A stretch of DNA of 64,000 nucleotides from an uncultured Gammaproteobacteria bacterium (lineage in GTDB: Bacteria; Pseudomonadota; Gammaproteobacteria; Magnimaribacterales; TMED112), in NCBI GenBank assembly GCA_913052565.1, contig CAJXFH010000003.1, forward strand, positions 6,702-70,701, read 5' to 3'. The position numbers and the translations under genes are program-made. How positions within the stretch are numbered: position 1 is the stretch's first letter; every line of letters starts with the position of its first letter. Positions 11,583 to 21,332 of the stretch are shown here, piece by piece. The notes under the pieces were generated by a model. The model did no database searches. It saw nothing but the letters and a program-made list of their open reading frames with translations, and was not told where the DNA came from.

Positions 11583-13361
11583 TTAATATACTCTCGCTTT
11601 TGGTTTGAACGCTTCTACCGTTTCTGGTTCAAGGTTAACATCTCTTTTGCAGACTTTATTAGCATCTTTGAAATATAAAGAATGGCATAACCAATCTTTG
11701 TCATCTCTATCAGGATAGTCTTCTCTAGCGTGAGCACCCCTGCTTTCTTTTCTTTCCATCGCAGAATATGCTGTTGCGTTTGCTATTTCTAATAAATTTA
11801 AATACTCCAGCACTTCCACTCTTTCAGAATTGAATAGATTTGATTTATCTATTAAGTGAATATTTTTTGTTCTTTCGGTAACTTCTTCTAATTTTCTTAC
11901 TCCTTCTCTCATTAATTCTTCATTTCTGTATACACCAAAATGATTTTGCATGATATTTTGCATTTCAGAACGTAAGTCAAATACGCTTTCGCCTTTTTTG
12001 GTAGCTTGAATACTTATCAAAATCTGAAGGGACTCTTCAATATTTCTTTCAGTAATATCTTTAGAATCAGACTCTTTTATTTCTTTATTTATGTGTCTGC
12101 CTGCTGACCGACCAAAAACAACTAAATCAAGCAGTGAATTGCCACCAAGTCTATTTGCACCGTGAACTGAGACATTTGCAGCCTCACCAATTGAGTAAAG
12201 TCCATCAATAACTTTGTCATTGCCATCAATCTGGGTTAACACTTGTCCATTCACATTTGTCGGTATACCTCCCATCATATAGTGGCATGTTGGGACAACA
12301 GGAATTGGGGCTTCTATGGGGTCAACATTTGCAAAAGTCATGGATATTTCTCTGATCTCTGGAAGTTTTTGCATAATTTCATCAGCTCCCAGGTGATCAA
12401 TTTTTAGAAAAACGTGATCTTTGTTTTCACCGCAGCCTCTTCCTGCCAATATCTCTTGGACTATACATCTTGAAACAACATCTCTAGAAGCAAGATCTTT
12501 GGCTTTTGGTGCATAATTAGGCATAAATCTTTCTCCTTCAGAATTTATTAAATAACCTCCTTCGCCTCTACAACCCTCAGTCATCAATGATCCATTTCCA
12601 TATAAACCTGTAGGATGGAATTGCCACATCTCCATATCTTGTAATGGATAGCCCTGTCTAAGCACCATTCCCAAACCATCACCTGTACAAATTAGTGAAG
12701 TCGTATTTTGTTCATATACTTGTCCAGCTCCTCCAGTTGCGAGAACAACTGATTTACATTTAATAATCGATACTTCACCTGTTTCCATATCAAAACAACT
12801 GAGGCCTTTTATGACACCTTCATCATTTTTGATTAAATCTATTGCAAACCATTCATTAAGAAATTGCGTGCCAGCTTTTAAATTTGCTTGATAAAGTGTG
12901 TGTAGCAAAGCATGGCCTGTTCTATCAGCTGCTGCACATGTCCTTGCAGCTTGACCGCCTTCACCGAACTCCTTGGATTGCCCACCAAAAGGCCTTTGGT
13001 AGATCCTACCGTTTTCAAATCGTGAAAAAGGCAATCCCATGTGTTCGAGCTCAAATATTGCATCAGGCCCTTCAGAACACATATATTCAATAGCATTTTG
13101 ATCGCCTATATAATCTGAACCTTTGACTGTATCAAACATATGCCATCTCCAGTCATCATTTGGATCAGCACTTGCAATTGCACATGTAATACCGCCTTGA
13201 GCAGCAACAGTATGAGATCTTGTAGGGAAAACTTTTGATACAACTGCAACGTTCTGGCCTGATTTGGAAATTTCGAGCGATGCTCGAAGCCCTGAGCCAC
13301 CACCGCCAACGATTACAACGTCATATTCTTTTACTGATACAGTTGTTCCACCAAATTCCAT
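11583..13361 (-). CDS. sdhA: Succinate dehydrogenase flavoprotein subunit
   Basis: 592 aa with [13 protein letters not shown], the covalent-FAD His in [10 protein letters not shown], and [10 protein letters not shown]. Confidence 0.95.
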   Translation of the reverse strand: MEFGGTTVSVKEYDVVIVGGGGSGLRASLEISKSGQNVAVVSKVFPTRSHTVAAQGGITCAIASADPNDDWRWHMFDTVKGSDYIGDQNAIEYMCSEGPDAIFELEHMGLPFSRFENGRIYQRPFGGQSKEFGEGGQAARTCAAADRTGHALLHTLYQANLKAGTQFLNEWFAIDLIKNDEGVIKGLSCFDMETGEVSIIKCKSVVLATGGAGQVYEQNTTSLICTGDGLGMVLRQGYPLQDMEMWQFHPTGLYGNGSLMTEGCRGEGGYLINSEGERFMPNYAPKAKDLASRDVVSRCIVQEILAGRGCGENKDHVFLKIDHLGADEIMQKLPEIREISMTFANVDPIEAPIPVVPTCHYMMGGIPTNVNGQVLTQIDGNDKVIDGLYSIGEAANVSVHGANRLGGNSLLDLVVFGRSAGRHINKEIKESDSKDITERNIEESLQILISIQATKKGESVFDLRSEMQNIMQNHFGVYRNEELMREGVRKLEEVTERTKNIHLIDKSNLFNSERVEVLEYLNLLEIANATAYSAMERKESRGAHAREDYPDRDDKDWLCHSLYFKDANKVCKRDVNLEPETVEAFKPKARVY

Positions 13362-13400
13362 TTCAACTTATGTTATGAGTAATTATATATAGTCATTTAT

Positions 13401-13772
13401 TTAAAGTTCCATTAAATAAGAAAAAACAACGACATAACTAAGAACTAAAATAACTAAAAGTATAAATCCTCTGTAAAGAAACCTTAGTATCTTCGCTAAA
13501 TTATCAAACCCTGGCAAAAACATCCCTATCGTTCTTTCTGTGAAATAATCATCTTCTATTGCTTTAAGTCCTTGTAGAGCATGTGTAATCATTACTACTA
13601 AAAATAGAACGGTAAATATTTTCATTTCAATAGTGTGAATATCAACATACCAAACTAAAGCATTTGTTTCATATGGCTTCAGATAATAGCTAATCATCAC
13701 TAGCAACACATAACTAAGTATGATCATTGAGCTTACTCTTTGTGCTAGCCATAAAAATGTACCCATTACCAA
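13401..13772 (-). CDS. sdhD: Succinate dehydrogenase membrane anchor subunit
   Basis: 123 aa with three hydrophobic helices, located between sdhC and sdhA. Confidence 0.8.
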   Translation of the reverse strand: MVMGTFLWLAQRVSSMIILSYVLLVMISYYLKPYETNALVWYVDIHTIEMKIFTVLFLVVMITHALQGLKAIEDDYFTERTIGMFLPGFDNLAKILRFLYRGFILLVILVLSYVVVFSYLMEL

Positions 13773-14140
13773 ACCTCCATTAAGAGAATTATTGAAACAA
13801 TAAAAGTCAAAACAAATGCAATTAAGGCAGTAAATTTTGCTTCTGAAAATTCATGACCATGATCAGAAAAATCTGTAATGAGATGTCTTAAGCCAGCAAA
13901 AATATGATACGTGATAGCTATTAGAGATAATGAAACTAGGAATTTAACAGAAATATCATATCTTTCATGATCCCAGCCCATCTCATCTGTTATCAAATAA
14001 TCTGTTAAAAAGAAAAGCACAAAAGTTGGAATTGCAATAAAGAAATTGATTATACCTGACAGCCTATGGCTGATTGAGGATAAAGCTGTTATCGGCAGCT
14101 TGATCAAAAATAGATTTATAAAAGTTGGGCGCCTAGTCAT
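13766..14140 (-). CDS. sdhC: Succinate dehydrogenase cytochrome b556 subunit
   Basis: 124 aa with three hydrophobic helices and the heme-ligand region SISHRLSGI. It is the first gene of sdhCDAB. Confidence 0.85.
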   Translation of the reverse strand: MTRRPTFINLFLIKLPITALSSISHRLSGIINFFIAIPTFVLFFLTDYLITDEMGWDHERYDISVKFLVSLSLIAITYHIFAGLRHLITDFSDHGHEFSEAKFTALIAFVLTFIVSIILLMEVW

Positions 14141-14188
14141 CCAACTTTAATTATAAAATATCTTGGTAGATTAAGGCTTAATTTATTT

Positions 14189-15496
14189 TTAATTAAAAGG
14201 ATTTTTGGTTGTTACGAATTTTAATTTTAAAGTAACTCCCAAAAGATTGAGTCCTTTCTGGAATGTATTAATAAGATATCTTTTATAACTTCCTTCTAAT
14301 TTATCAAGGGAATTTCCATGTATTGTTAAAACATGCGGATTCTTTCCACCTTGATGCACAAAACGTATTTTGGGTTTAAATTTTCCTTTGAATGGTATTG
14401 ATTTTTCAGTTACTGCTTTTCTTAATAAATTATTTAGTTTATTTGTCGATAATCTTTTATCTGTGTTCTCTAAAACCCTATATATTTGATCAAAAAGATG
14501 CTTGAAACCAATTTTATCTTTTGCAGATATAAAGCTTACAGGCAAATATCTCATCATAGGTTCACTTTGAAAATTAATTTCTATTTCAGATCTTTCCTTC
14601 TCATTGATTAGATCGCTTTTATTGATAGCTATCACAATTGCTTTTCCCACTTCACGTGCTTTCTCTAATAACTTCTTATCCTGATCAAGAAAAGGTTTCT
14701 TAGCATCTAACATTAATATTGATAGATCTGATTTCTTTATTGCTTCAAGAGATTTAACGATAGAAAATTTCTCTTCCTTTAGTACAGTTTTGCTTTTTTT
14801 TCTAATGCCTGCTGTGTCGACAAATATGTAGTCTTTTTTCTTGTATTTGATTTTTACATCAATTGAATCAATAGTTGTGCCTGGAATATCTGAGACAATT
14901 GTTTTTGCATTCCCAGAAATAGCGTTGATTGTTGAAGATTTTCCCACATTTGGTTTTCCAATAATGCAAATTTTTGGGGCATGAAAATGTTCCTCACTCT
15001 CTACATCAGAAACATTTTCAAAAATAGTTTTCTTTAGTTCTATGATGTTTTTATTATGTTCCGCACTTACTTCGATTATTTTTTCAAATCCAAGTTCTTG
15101 AAAAACTGATACTCCTTCATCTGTTTTTACATCAATTTTGTTAATAACTAAAATGACTTGCTTTGATCCTTTTCTTAGAATTGATGCTATTTCCTTGTCG
15201 TATGGTGAGATACCAAACTTTTTATCTACTACAAATAATATTAGTTCTGACATTTCAATAGCTTCATGTGCTTTAGCTAAAATCATCTCTTCAAACTCGT
15301 CATTTTTTGATGTAAAAAATCCCCCAGTATCAACTAGAGTTAAGGTTTTATTTCCAAGAGTTAATTCAGTAGTTTTGAGATCACGCGTTAAACCTTCTCT
15401 GTCAGAAACTATGGCAGATTTTGATTTAGCCAGTTTATTAAAAATTGAAGATTTGCCGACATTTGTTCTACCGACAATTGAGACAGTTGTTTTCAT
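14189..15496 (-). CDS. der: Ribosome-associated GTPase Der (EngA)
   Basis: 435 aa with tandem GTPase domains (P-loops GRTNVGKSS and GKPNVGKSS, DTGG/DTAG, NKID/NKSD) and a KH-like C-terminus. Confidence 0.95.
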   Translation of the reverse strand: MKTTVSIVGRTNVGKSSIFNKLAKSKSAIVSDREGLTRDLKTTELTLGNKTLTLVDTGGFFTSKNDEFEEMILAKAHEAIEMSELILFVVDKKFGISPYDKEIASILRKGSKQVILVINKIDVKTDEGVSVFQELGFEKIIEVSAEHNKNIIELKKTIFENVSDVESEEHFHAPKICIIGKPNVGKSSTINAISGNAKTIVSDIPGTTIDSIDVKIKYKKKDYIFVDTAGIRKKSKTVLKEEKFSIVKSLEAIKKSDLSILMLDAKKPFLDQDKKLLEKAREVGKAIVIAINKSDLINEKERSEIEINFQSEPMMRYLPVSFISAKDKIGFKHLFDQIYRVLENTDKRLSTNKLNNLLRKAVTEKSIPFKGKFKPKIRFVHQGGKNPHVLTIHGNSLDKLEGSYKRYLINTFQKGLNLLGVTLKLKFVTTKNPFN

Positions 15497-16675
15497 TTAT
15501 TTTAGATCAAAGCCTGATATAGCTCCATCAACATCCTCAACTACAAGTGTATCGGAGAATATCTCAAGTTGCTTAATTGCTTTTAAGTCTGTGGATGTAA
15601 GTCCCGTGATCATTCCTGTGCTTGCATCTATCTCATGGAGGTAACCTTCGAGATCACCAAAATAAATTTTGTCCTCATAAAGAACTGGTTCTGTAATTTC
15701 TCTATTTTTAAATTTCTGATTACGCCAAACCTCAGTTCCATTTATTGCGTTAAAGCCGATTAATTCATCTGTCATATTGATAGCAGTTATTCGATCTCTG
15801 TAAAGCACAAATGGTTTTGAAGTTGAAAGATCTACGGAAAATATTTTTTCACCAGTTCTAATATTAAAACGTGTCAAAGAACCGTTATAGTTTGCTGAAA
15901 AAATATCCTCATTAATCGCGATAGCTGGAGAATCAGCATCCATTAACTTTTCTAATTCTGTTGATCCTTTTAGTCTTGATATGGGTTTTTCCCAAAGTTG
16001 TATTCCATCTATTGCCCTGACAGCGGCTAGTCTCCCATTTGAGAATCCTGTAAAAACAAGCCCTTCAAAAAAGATTGGATATGCTGTTCCTCTTATTGAA
16101 AGTAAAGGAGCTTGAGCAGACTTTGACCATAGTATCTGACCATTTTGTAGGTCTAATCCATAAAGCACATCAGAAGAAGTTTGAACGAATACAGAAGTAG
16201 ATGTAATTAATACTTCTGAAAGCACAACATCTTGTAATTCTCTTTGCCATTTTAAATTTCCACTATTTAGATCGTGAGCATAAATAACACCATCTGCGTC
16301 AGAATAGACAAAAGAATTATAACCAACTGTAACTCCTGACATAATTCTGTTTGTTTCAAGTTCAAAACTATTTTTTAGTTCGCCAGTGTTGTAATCAAAG
16401 CCATTTAATACCTTGTCATTTATCACATAAAGGGTTGAACCTGCCAAAGCAAAAAATTTATTTGCTTCTATGTTCTCTGCGAAAAAATCAAAATTTATTA
16501 ATGGCTTAGATGAAGGAATCTTCCATTTGCTATCCAAAAAACTTTCATAACTCTGATCTAATTCGACTGGAGCATTTGGATCTTCATCAACTAAACCCAG
16601 AGATTCAAAAGAAGATTGAAATGATTGGCAGCTCATTAAGCTTAACAAAGAGAAAATAATGAAAGGTTTTTTCAT
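15497..16675 (-). CDS. bamB: Outer membrane protein assembly factor BamB
   Basis: 392 aa with a lipoprotein signal (LLSLMSC) and repeated PQQ-like propeller blades (NLKWQR, QILWSK, IQLWEK, TEVWRN). It keeps the conserved yfgM-bamB-der order. Confidence 0.85.
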   Translation of the reverse strand: MKKPFIIFSLLSLMSCQSFQSSFESLGLVDEDPNAPVELDQSYESFLDSKWKIPSSKPLINFDFFAENIEANKFFALAGSTLYVINDKVLNGFDYNTGELKNSFELETNRIMSGVTVGYNSFVYSDADGVIYAHDLNSGNLKWQRELQDVVLSEVLITSTSVFVQTSSDVLYGLDLQNGQILWSKSAQAPLLSIRGTAYPIFFEGLVFTGFSNGRLAAVRAIDGIQLWEKPISRLKGSTELEKLMDADSPAIAINEDIFSANYNGSLTRFNIRTGEKIFSVDLSTSKPFVLYRDRITAINMTDELIGFNAINGTEVWRNQKFKNREITEPVLYEDKIYFGDLEGYLHEIDASTGMITGLTSTDLKAIKQLEIFSDTLVVEDVDGAISGFDLK

Positions 16676-16676
16676 T

Positions 16677-17276
16677 TTAATTTAAAGGCTTCCTAAGCCT
16701 GATGTTATTCTTCTGAAACTCATCCATATCAAAACTCAGAGCTTGATCATAGTGAAAGTTTGATGTTTCATAATTTTCAAAATACTTGTAGAAGTCTCCT
16801 GCAACATCATGAAATCTTGCTGAATTAATTGTATTTTCTTTAATAAATTTATCCCCAGCTTCAAAGTCACCTATTTCAACATTCAATCGAACAATATTTT
16901 CAGAATATTGATTCAATAGAATATCTTTTGTTTCTTTTCTAATTTTGCTTTCTGAAATTTTAGCGTATGCCTCCATGAATAAATCCAGTGCCACTTGATA
17001 TTTACCCTCGTCTAAGGCTTTTTTTGCTATTACTGATTTAGTTATGATTTCGAATCCTAATTTGTCGAAACTAAGGTCTGTTTCATTAATTAAATTTTCG
17101 ATTTCACTTTCAAGTACTAGTTGTTGATTTACATTTTGGAATTTTTGAAATTCAATTTCATTAGCTTTTTCGTTTGCGTAAGAGAAATAATTAGCCACTG
17201 CAATACCTAGAACCAGAACGCCTAGTCCTCCTAAAAAAAGTTTACTTTTTATAAAAGCTAAAAATCTATCAACCAA
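16677..17276 (-). CDS. yfgM: YfgM-like membrane-anchored TPR-like protein
   Basis: 199 aa with an N-terminal TM anchor followed by a helical domain. It occupies the conserved slot between hisS and bamB. Confidence 0.6.
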   Translation of the reverse strand: MVDRFLAFIKSKLFLGGLGVLVLGIAVANYFSYANEKANEIEFQKFQNVNQQLVLESEIENLINETDLSFDKLGFEIITKSVIAKKALDEGKYQVALDLFMEAYAKISESKIRKETKDILLNQYSENIVRLNVEIGDFEAGDKFIKENTINSARFHDVAGDFYKYFENYETSNFHYDQALSFDMDEFQKNNIRLRKPLN

Positions 17277-18507
17277 TTAACAACTCCTTTAATCCTTTCT
17301 CATCAAGTATAAATTCTTTACCTTCAGAAAGATTTTTTATCCTGTAATTTCCAGTTTTTTGTTCTTCTTGGCCGATTATCATAACAAATTTAAAGCCTTG
17401 AGAATTAGCTTTTTTTAGTTGTTTAGTTACATTTGCATTTCCCAAATAATTTTCCACAACCAATTCTCTATTTAATTTTCTAATTTTATTTCCAATCTTT
17501 TGAGCGTATCCAATAGCTTTGTCCTCAGCAAAACCTATAAAGAGATCTTTAGGTTTTGATCTTTTAGTAATTACTTCAGCTAATCTATCGATTCCCAAAG
17601 CAAATCCAGTAGCAGCTAGTTGCCTACCCCCTAATTCTTTAATAAGGTCATCATATCTGCCGCCCCCAATAACAGCATTTTGTGCTCCAAGACTTTCGAC
17701 TGTGAATTCAAAAACTGTGCCAGTGTAATAATCCATACCACGTACCAAATTTTTGTTAACCTCATAGTTGATTCCTATCTCATTGAGAAGAGATTGGGTC
17801 TCTTCAAATATTTTTACCTCTTCATTGTTTAAAAATTCAGAAATATTTTTTGCCGATGAGATGATTTTCTTTACTGAATCATCTTTTGAGTCAAGCGCTC
17901 TCATTGGGTTCTTATTTAGTCTTTCGAATAGAGAAGCCTCAAATTGATTTTCTCTTTCAGCTATGAAATCTCGCAAATAGTCTCTGTATTTTCCAAGAGA
18001 AGCTGAATTTCCTAAGTAATTAATTTCTAATTTAGTTTTTACATCCAATTCATCAAGTATTGCTGAGGCAATTGAAATTATTTCAACATCACTTTTAGGT
18101 GAATTATCACCAATTAACTCAACACCAGCTTGAAAAAATTGTCTTTTTCTCCCTTTCTGAGGTCTTTCATACCTAAACATAGGGCCCAAATAATAAAATT
18201 TCTTTATTTCATCATTTGTAATTCCGTTTGTAATTAAAGCTCTTACCAGGCCTGCCGTACCCTCGGGCCTAAGACAAAGGAGTTCACCATTCCTATCTTC
18301 AAACTCATAAACCTCTTTTTGTATGATGTCTGAAGATTCACCAACTGATCTTTGAAAAAGACTTTTTGATTCGATAATTGGTGTTCTGAATTCTTGATAA
18401 TTAAAAGATTTAAAAACTTTTGTGCAAATTTTTTCAACCAAAGAGATAGCCTCTATACTTTCATTGTATAGATCTGGCATTCCTCTAATAGTTTTTAAAT
18501 CACTCAT
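17269..18507 (-). CDS. hisS: Histidine--tRNA ligase
   Basis: 412 aa with class II motifs RGMPD, LRPEGTAGLVRA and GGGRYD. Confidence 0.95.
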   Translation of the reverse strand: MSDLKTIRGMPDLYNESIEAISLVEKICTKVFKSFNYQEFRTPIIESKSLFQRSVGESSDIIQKEVYEFEDRNGELLCLRPEGTAGLVRALITNGITNDEIKKFYYLGPMFRYERPQKGRKRQFFQAGVELIGDNSPKSDVEIISIASAILDELDVKTKLEINYLGNSASLGKYRDYLRDFIAERENQFEASLFERLNKNPMRALDSKDDSVKKIISSAKNISEFLNNEEVKIFEETQSLLNEIGINYEVNKNLVRGMDYYTGTVFEFTVESLGAQNAVIGGGRYDDLIKELGGRQLAATGFALGIDRLAEVITKRSKPKDLFIGFAEDKAIGYAQKIGNKIRKLNRELVVENYLGNANVTKQLKKANSQGFKFVMIIGQEEQKTGNYRIKNLSEGKEFILDEKGLKELLIG

Positions 18508-19613
18508 TGTTTAAGTATCGTATTTCTTTTTTGATCTGCAATTTTTGTAACCTCTTCAATTAGAGCACTTTCCAGATCATTAGTTTCAACTTTGTATGCT
18601 GGTTTACCATTTAAGTAAATTAAATGTTTTGGTGCTGCACCTGTAACACCAACATCTGCAATTTTTGACTCTCCTGGTCCATTTACATAACACCCAATGA
18701 CTGCAAGAGTAACTTCCTCTTTTAGGTATGAAAGCTCATTTTCTAACTTATTAACTGTATTAATTACTTGAAAGTTTTGTCTCGAGCAGCTCGGACAAGC
18801 GACGATTTTTACACCTCTCGACCTAAGTTTCAAGGACTTTAGCATTTCCCACGCAACATTTACTTCATCTATTGGATCTGAAGCAAGTGATACTCGAACT
18901 GTATCTCCGATCCCTTTCATTAAAAGTGAGCCAAGACCTATTGATGACTTTACTGTACCTGTTTTGAGAGATCCCGATTCAGTGATCCCAAGATGAAGTG
19001 GCTGTTCTATTAAATCAGAGATTTTTTCATAACTTTCAACTGCCATAAATATATCTGAAGACTTTATGCTTAATTTAAAATTTTCATAGTCATTCTTTTT
19101 TAAAATTTCTACATGTCTCATTGCAGATTCGACAAGAGCATCAGCATTTGGCTCCCCATATTTTTTTTGTAAATCTTTTTCCAGTGATCCTGCATTAACT
19201 CCTATTCTAATAGGTATGTCTTTTTCTTTTGCTGCATTAATTACTTCTTTAATTTTCGTTTCATTTCCAATGTTTCCAGGATTAATCCTTACACAATCCA
19301 CTCCATATTCCATTACTTTAAGGGCTATTTTGTAATCAAAATGTATATCTGAAACTAATGGAATATTTGTTTTTAATTTAATGTCTTTAAATGCTTCTGC
19401 AGCTTCTAAAGATGGAACAGAAACCCTGACAATATCTGCACCAGCATCTTCAAGATCATTTATCTGTTTTACAGTAGCATCAACATCAGTGGTTTGAGTG
19501 TTAGTCATTGATTGAACAGAAATTGGTGAGTTTCCACCAACAGGCACATCCCCAACCCAGATTTTTTTAGTTTTCTTTCTTATTACAGGTTGTTCGTTCA
19601 ATTTGTTAGCCAA
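18504..19613 (-). CDS. ispG: 4-hydroxy-3-methylbut-2-en-1-yl diphosphate synthase
   Basis: 369 aa of the GcpE family ([30 protein letters not shown]). Confidence 0.95.
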   Translation of the reverse strand: MANKLNEQPVIRKKTKKIWVGDVPVGGNSPISVQSMTNTQTTDVDATVKQINDLEDAGADIVRVSVPSLEAAEAFKDIKLKTNIPLVSDIHFDYKIALKVMEYGVDCVRINPGNIGNETKIKEVINAAKEKDIPIRIGVNAGSLEKDLQKKYGEPNADALVESAMRHVEILKKNDYENFKLSIKSSDIFMAVESYEKISDLIEQPLHLGITESGSLKTGTVKSSIGLGSLLMKGIGDTVRVSLASDPIDEVNVAWEMLKSLKLRSRGVKIVACPSCSRQNFQVINTVNKLENELSYLKEEVTLAVIGCYVNGPGESKIADVGVTGAAPKHLIYLNGKPAYKVETNDLESALIEEVTKIADQKRNTILKQ

Positions 19614-20022
19614 CTATTTCTGAGGATTCAAAAAAATACTCTATTTCTCTTGCAGCACTAGTTGTTGAATCTGAGCCATGAACAGCATTCGCATCAATTG
19701 ATTCAGCAAAATCAGCTCTTATTGTTCCGGTTTCAGCTTCTTGAGGGTTTGTATTTCCCATGAGCTCACGATTAAGTTTTACAGCATTTTCTCCAGCTAA
19801 GACTTGAACAACAATTGGGCCTGAAGTCATAAACTCAACTAGCGCATCAAAAAATGGTTTTCCATCGTGCTCAGCATAAAAACCTCTCGCTTGTTTCTGA
19901 TCTAGTTGAATCATTTTGCAAGCAACTATTTTAAGTCCTGCATCTTCAAACCTTTTTTGAATGCTTCCGATGACATTTTTTTTGACGGCATCCGGCTTAA
20001 TTATTGATAGTGTTTTTTCCAT
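19606..20022 (-). CDS. ndk: Nucleoside diphosphate kinase
   Basis: 138 aa with [10 protein letters not shown] and the active-site His in NAVHGSDS. Confidence 0.95.
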   Translation of the reverse strand: MEKTLSIIKPDAVKKNVIGSIQKRFEDAGLKIVACKMIQLDQKQARGFYAEHDGKPFFDALVEFMTSGPIVVQVLAGENAVKLNRELMGNTNPQEAETGTIRADFAESIDANAVHGSDSTTSAAREIEYFFESSEIVG

Positions 20023-20023
20023 T

Positions 20024-20221
20024 TCAATCTCGCTCCTCTATCCAGTTTTGCTGTATTGATTCTAGAATCCTTTCATTAACTTTTTCAGGAATATCATCGA
20101 AATCATCTAATTTCATTACTAGGTTTCGTAAGTCTACAAAATTAATCCACTGAGGATCGATTTCTGGATATTTCTCTGATAATTCAATCGCAATATCTAG
20201 TGTATCAACCCATTTTAGCAT
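20024..20221 (-). CDS. iscX: Fe-S assembly protein IscX
   Basis: 65 aa and acidic. It aligns by eye with E. coli IscX (YPEIDP, DDFDD) and lies directly after fdx. Confidence 0.8.
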   Translation of the reverse strand: MLKWVDTLDIAIELSEKYPEIDPQWINFVDLRNLVMKLDDFDDIPEKVNERILESIQQNWIEERD

Positions 20222-20222
20222 G

Positions 20223-20543
20223 TTATGTTAACTCAGAAACTTGGTTAATTGTATATTTTGGTATTTCTATGATCGTCACTTCATCTGCAGGGTAAACTTG
20301 GCAGCTTAATCTCGAATTTGCCTCTAAACCCCAGGCTTTATCAAGAAGGTCTTCTTCTTCATCACTAGCATCATCTAAGTTGTCAAACCCTTCTTTAACT
20401 ATTATGTGACAAGTGGTACATGCGCAAGCTTTTTCACAAGCATGTTCAAGATTTATTCCATTTCTTAAACAAGCATCAAGAATGGTTTCATTTGGCTCAA
20501 CATCTATGGTCATGCCATCAGGACAAATCACCTCATGCGGCAA
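20223..20543 (-). CDS. fdx: ISC-type [2Fe-2S] ferredoxin
   Basis: 106 aa with adrenodoxin-type ligands CEKACACTTCH and SRLSCQV, ending in the EIPKYTIN tail. Confidence 0.9.
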   Translation of the reverse strand: MPHEVICPDGMTIDVEPNETILDACLRNGINLEHACEKACACTTCHIIVKEGFDNLDDASDEEEDLLDKAWGLEANSRLSCQVYPADEVTIIEIPKYTINQVSELT

Positions 20544-20548
20544 AATTT

Positions 20549-20947
20549 TTAATTTTTTTTTTGTATTTTGCTGGTTTCAGTAGTGTTGGCTTCATCCTCC
20601 CTTACTGTGAAGCTTTCACCACAACCGCAAACTGCACTTGCATTTGGATTAATGAATTTGACACCTTGGTTTAAACCTTCGATTGTAAAATCTACCTGGC
20701 TTCCTCGGATAATATTGATCGAATCAGATGGGATGCAGAATTCTATGTCATCCACAAGCAATTTATGGTCTGATTTATTTATTCTACTTGTGAATTCAAA
20801 GAAGTATGAATAACCATTACAACCCATTTTCTTTACACCTAACTTAACTTTATTTTCCTTACCCTGCATAGATACCATGTGCTTGAAGTGAGCAAGTGCT
20901 TTGGTTGTGAAGTTTAGAACTTCTGGTTTATGCTTTTTTGGATTCAT
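20549..20947 (-). CDS. iscA: A-type iron-sulfur carrier IscA
   Basis: 132 aa with ligands GCNGYSY and CGCGESF. It has about 8 extra aa at the N-terminus and about 17 extra aa at the C-terminus compared with the 107-aa E. coli IscA. It overlaps iscU by 20 nt. Confidence 0.85.
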   Translation of the reverse strand: MNPKKHKPEVLNFTTKALAHFKHMVSMQGKENKVKLGVKKMGCNGYSYFFEFTSRINKSDHKLLVDDIEFCIPSDSINIIRGSQVDFTIEGLNQGVKFINPNASAVCGCGESFTVREDEANTTETSKIQKKN

Positions 20948-21326
20948 AATCTGCTATTGCTTTTTTTATGCTGTCTTCAGCTAAAACACTGCAGTGAATC
21001 TTAATTGAAGGCAACTCTAGTAATTCTGCTATCTCTCTATCTTTGATCTTTTTCGCTTCTTCGAGTGTTTTGCCTTTAAGCATTTCAATCATCTGTAAAC
21101 TTGAAGCAATTGCTGAGCCGCAACCATAAGTCTTAAATTTACAATCTGTAATGATATTTTCATCATTTACTTCAATCTGAAGCCTCATGACATCGCCACA
21201 GGCTGGAGCGCCTACCATACCTGTTCCAACATGTTTGGAATTAGGATCTAATCTTCCAACATTATGTAGTTGAGGATTATTTAGTGTGTCCTCAAATTTT
21301 TTTATTACCTTTCTAGAATAAGCCAT
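20928..21326 (-). CDS. iscU: Fe-S cluster scaffold IscU
   Basis: 132 aa with GAPACGD, YGCGSAIAS and HCSVLAED. The position of the canonical LPPVK motif reads LPSIK. Confidence 0.95.
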   Translation of the reverse strand: MAYSRKVIKKFEDTLNNPQLHNVGRLDPNSKHVGTGMVGAPACGDVMRLQIEVNDENIITDCKFKTYGCGSAIASSLQMIEMLKGKTLEEAKKIKDREIAELLELPSIKIHCSVLAEDSIKKAIADYESKKA

Positions 21327-21332
21327 ATCTAA

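Noticed and set aside
12878-13309. Small same-strand and opposite-strand ORFs within sdhA (12878..13096 -, 12884..13093 +, 13106..13309 -). Similar cases are 22585..22782, 18243..18437, 36561..36779 and 62243..62443.
   Set aside because: They are out-of-frame readings inside conserved genes, with no independent support.
13362-13400. The 39-nt gap between sdhD and sdhA as a possible regulatory element.
   Set aside because: I found no palindrome, hairpin or motif. It is probably just an inter-cistronic spacer.
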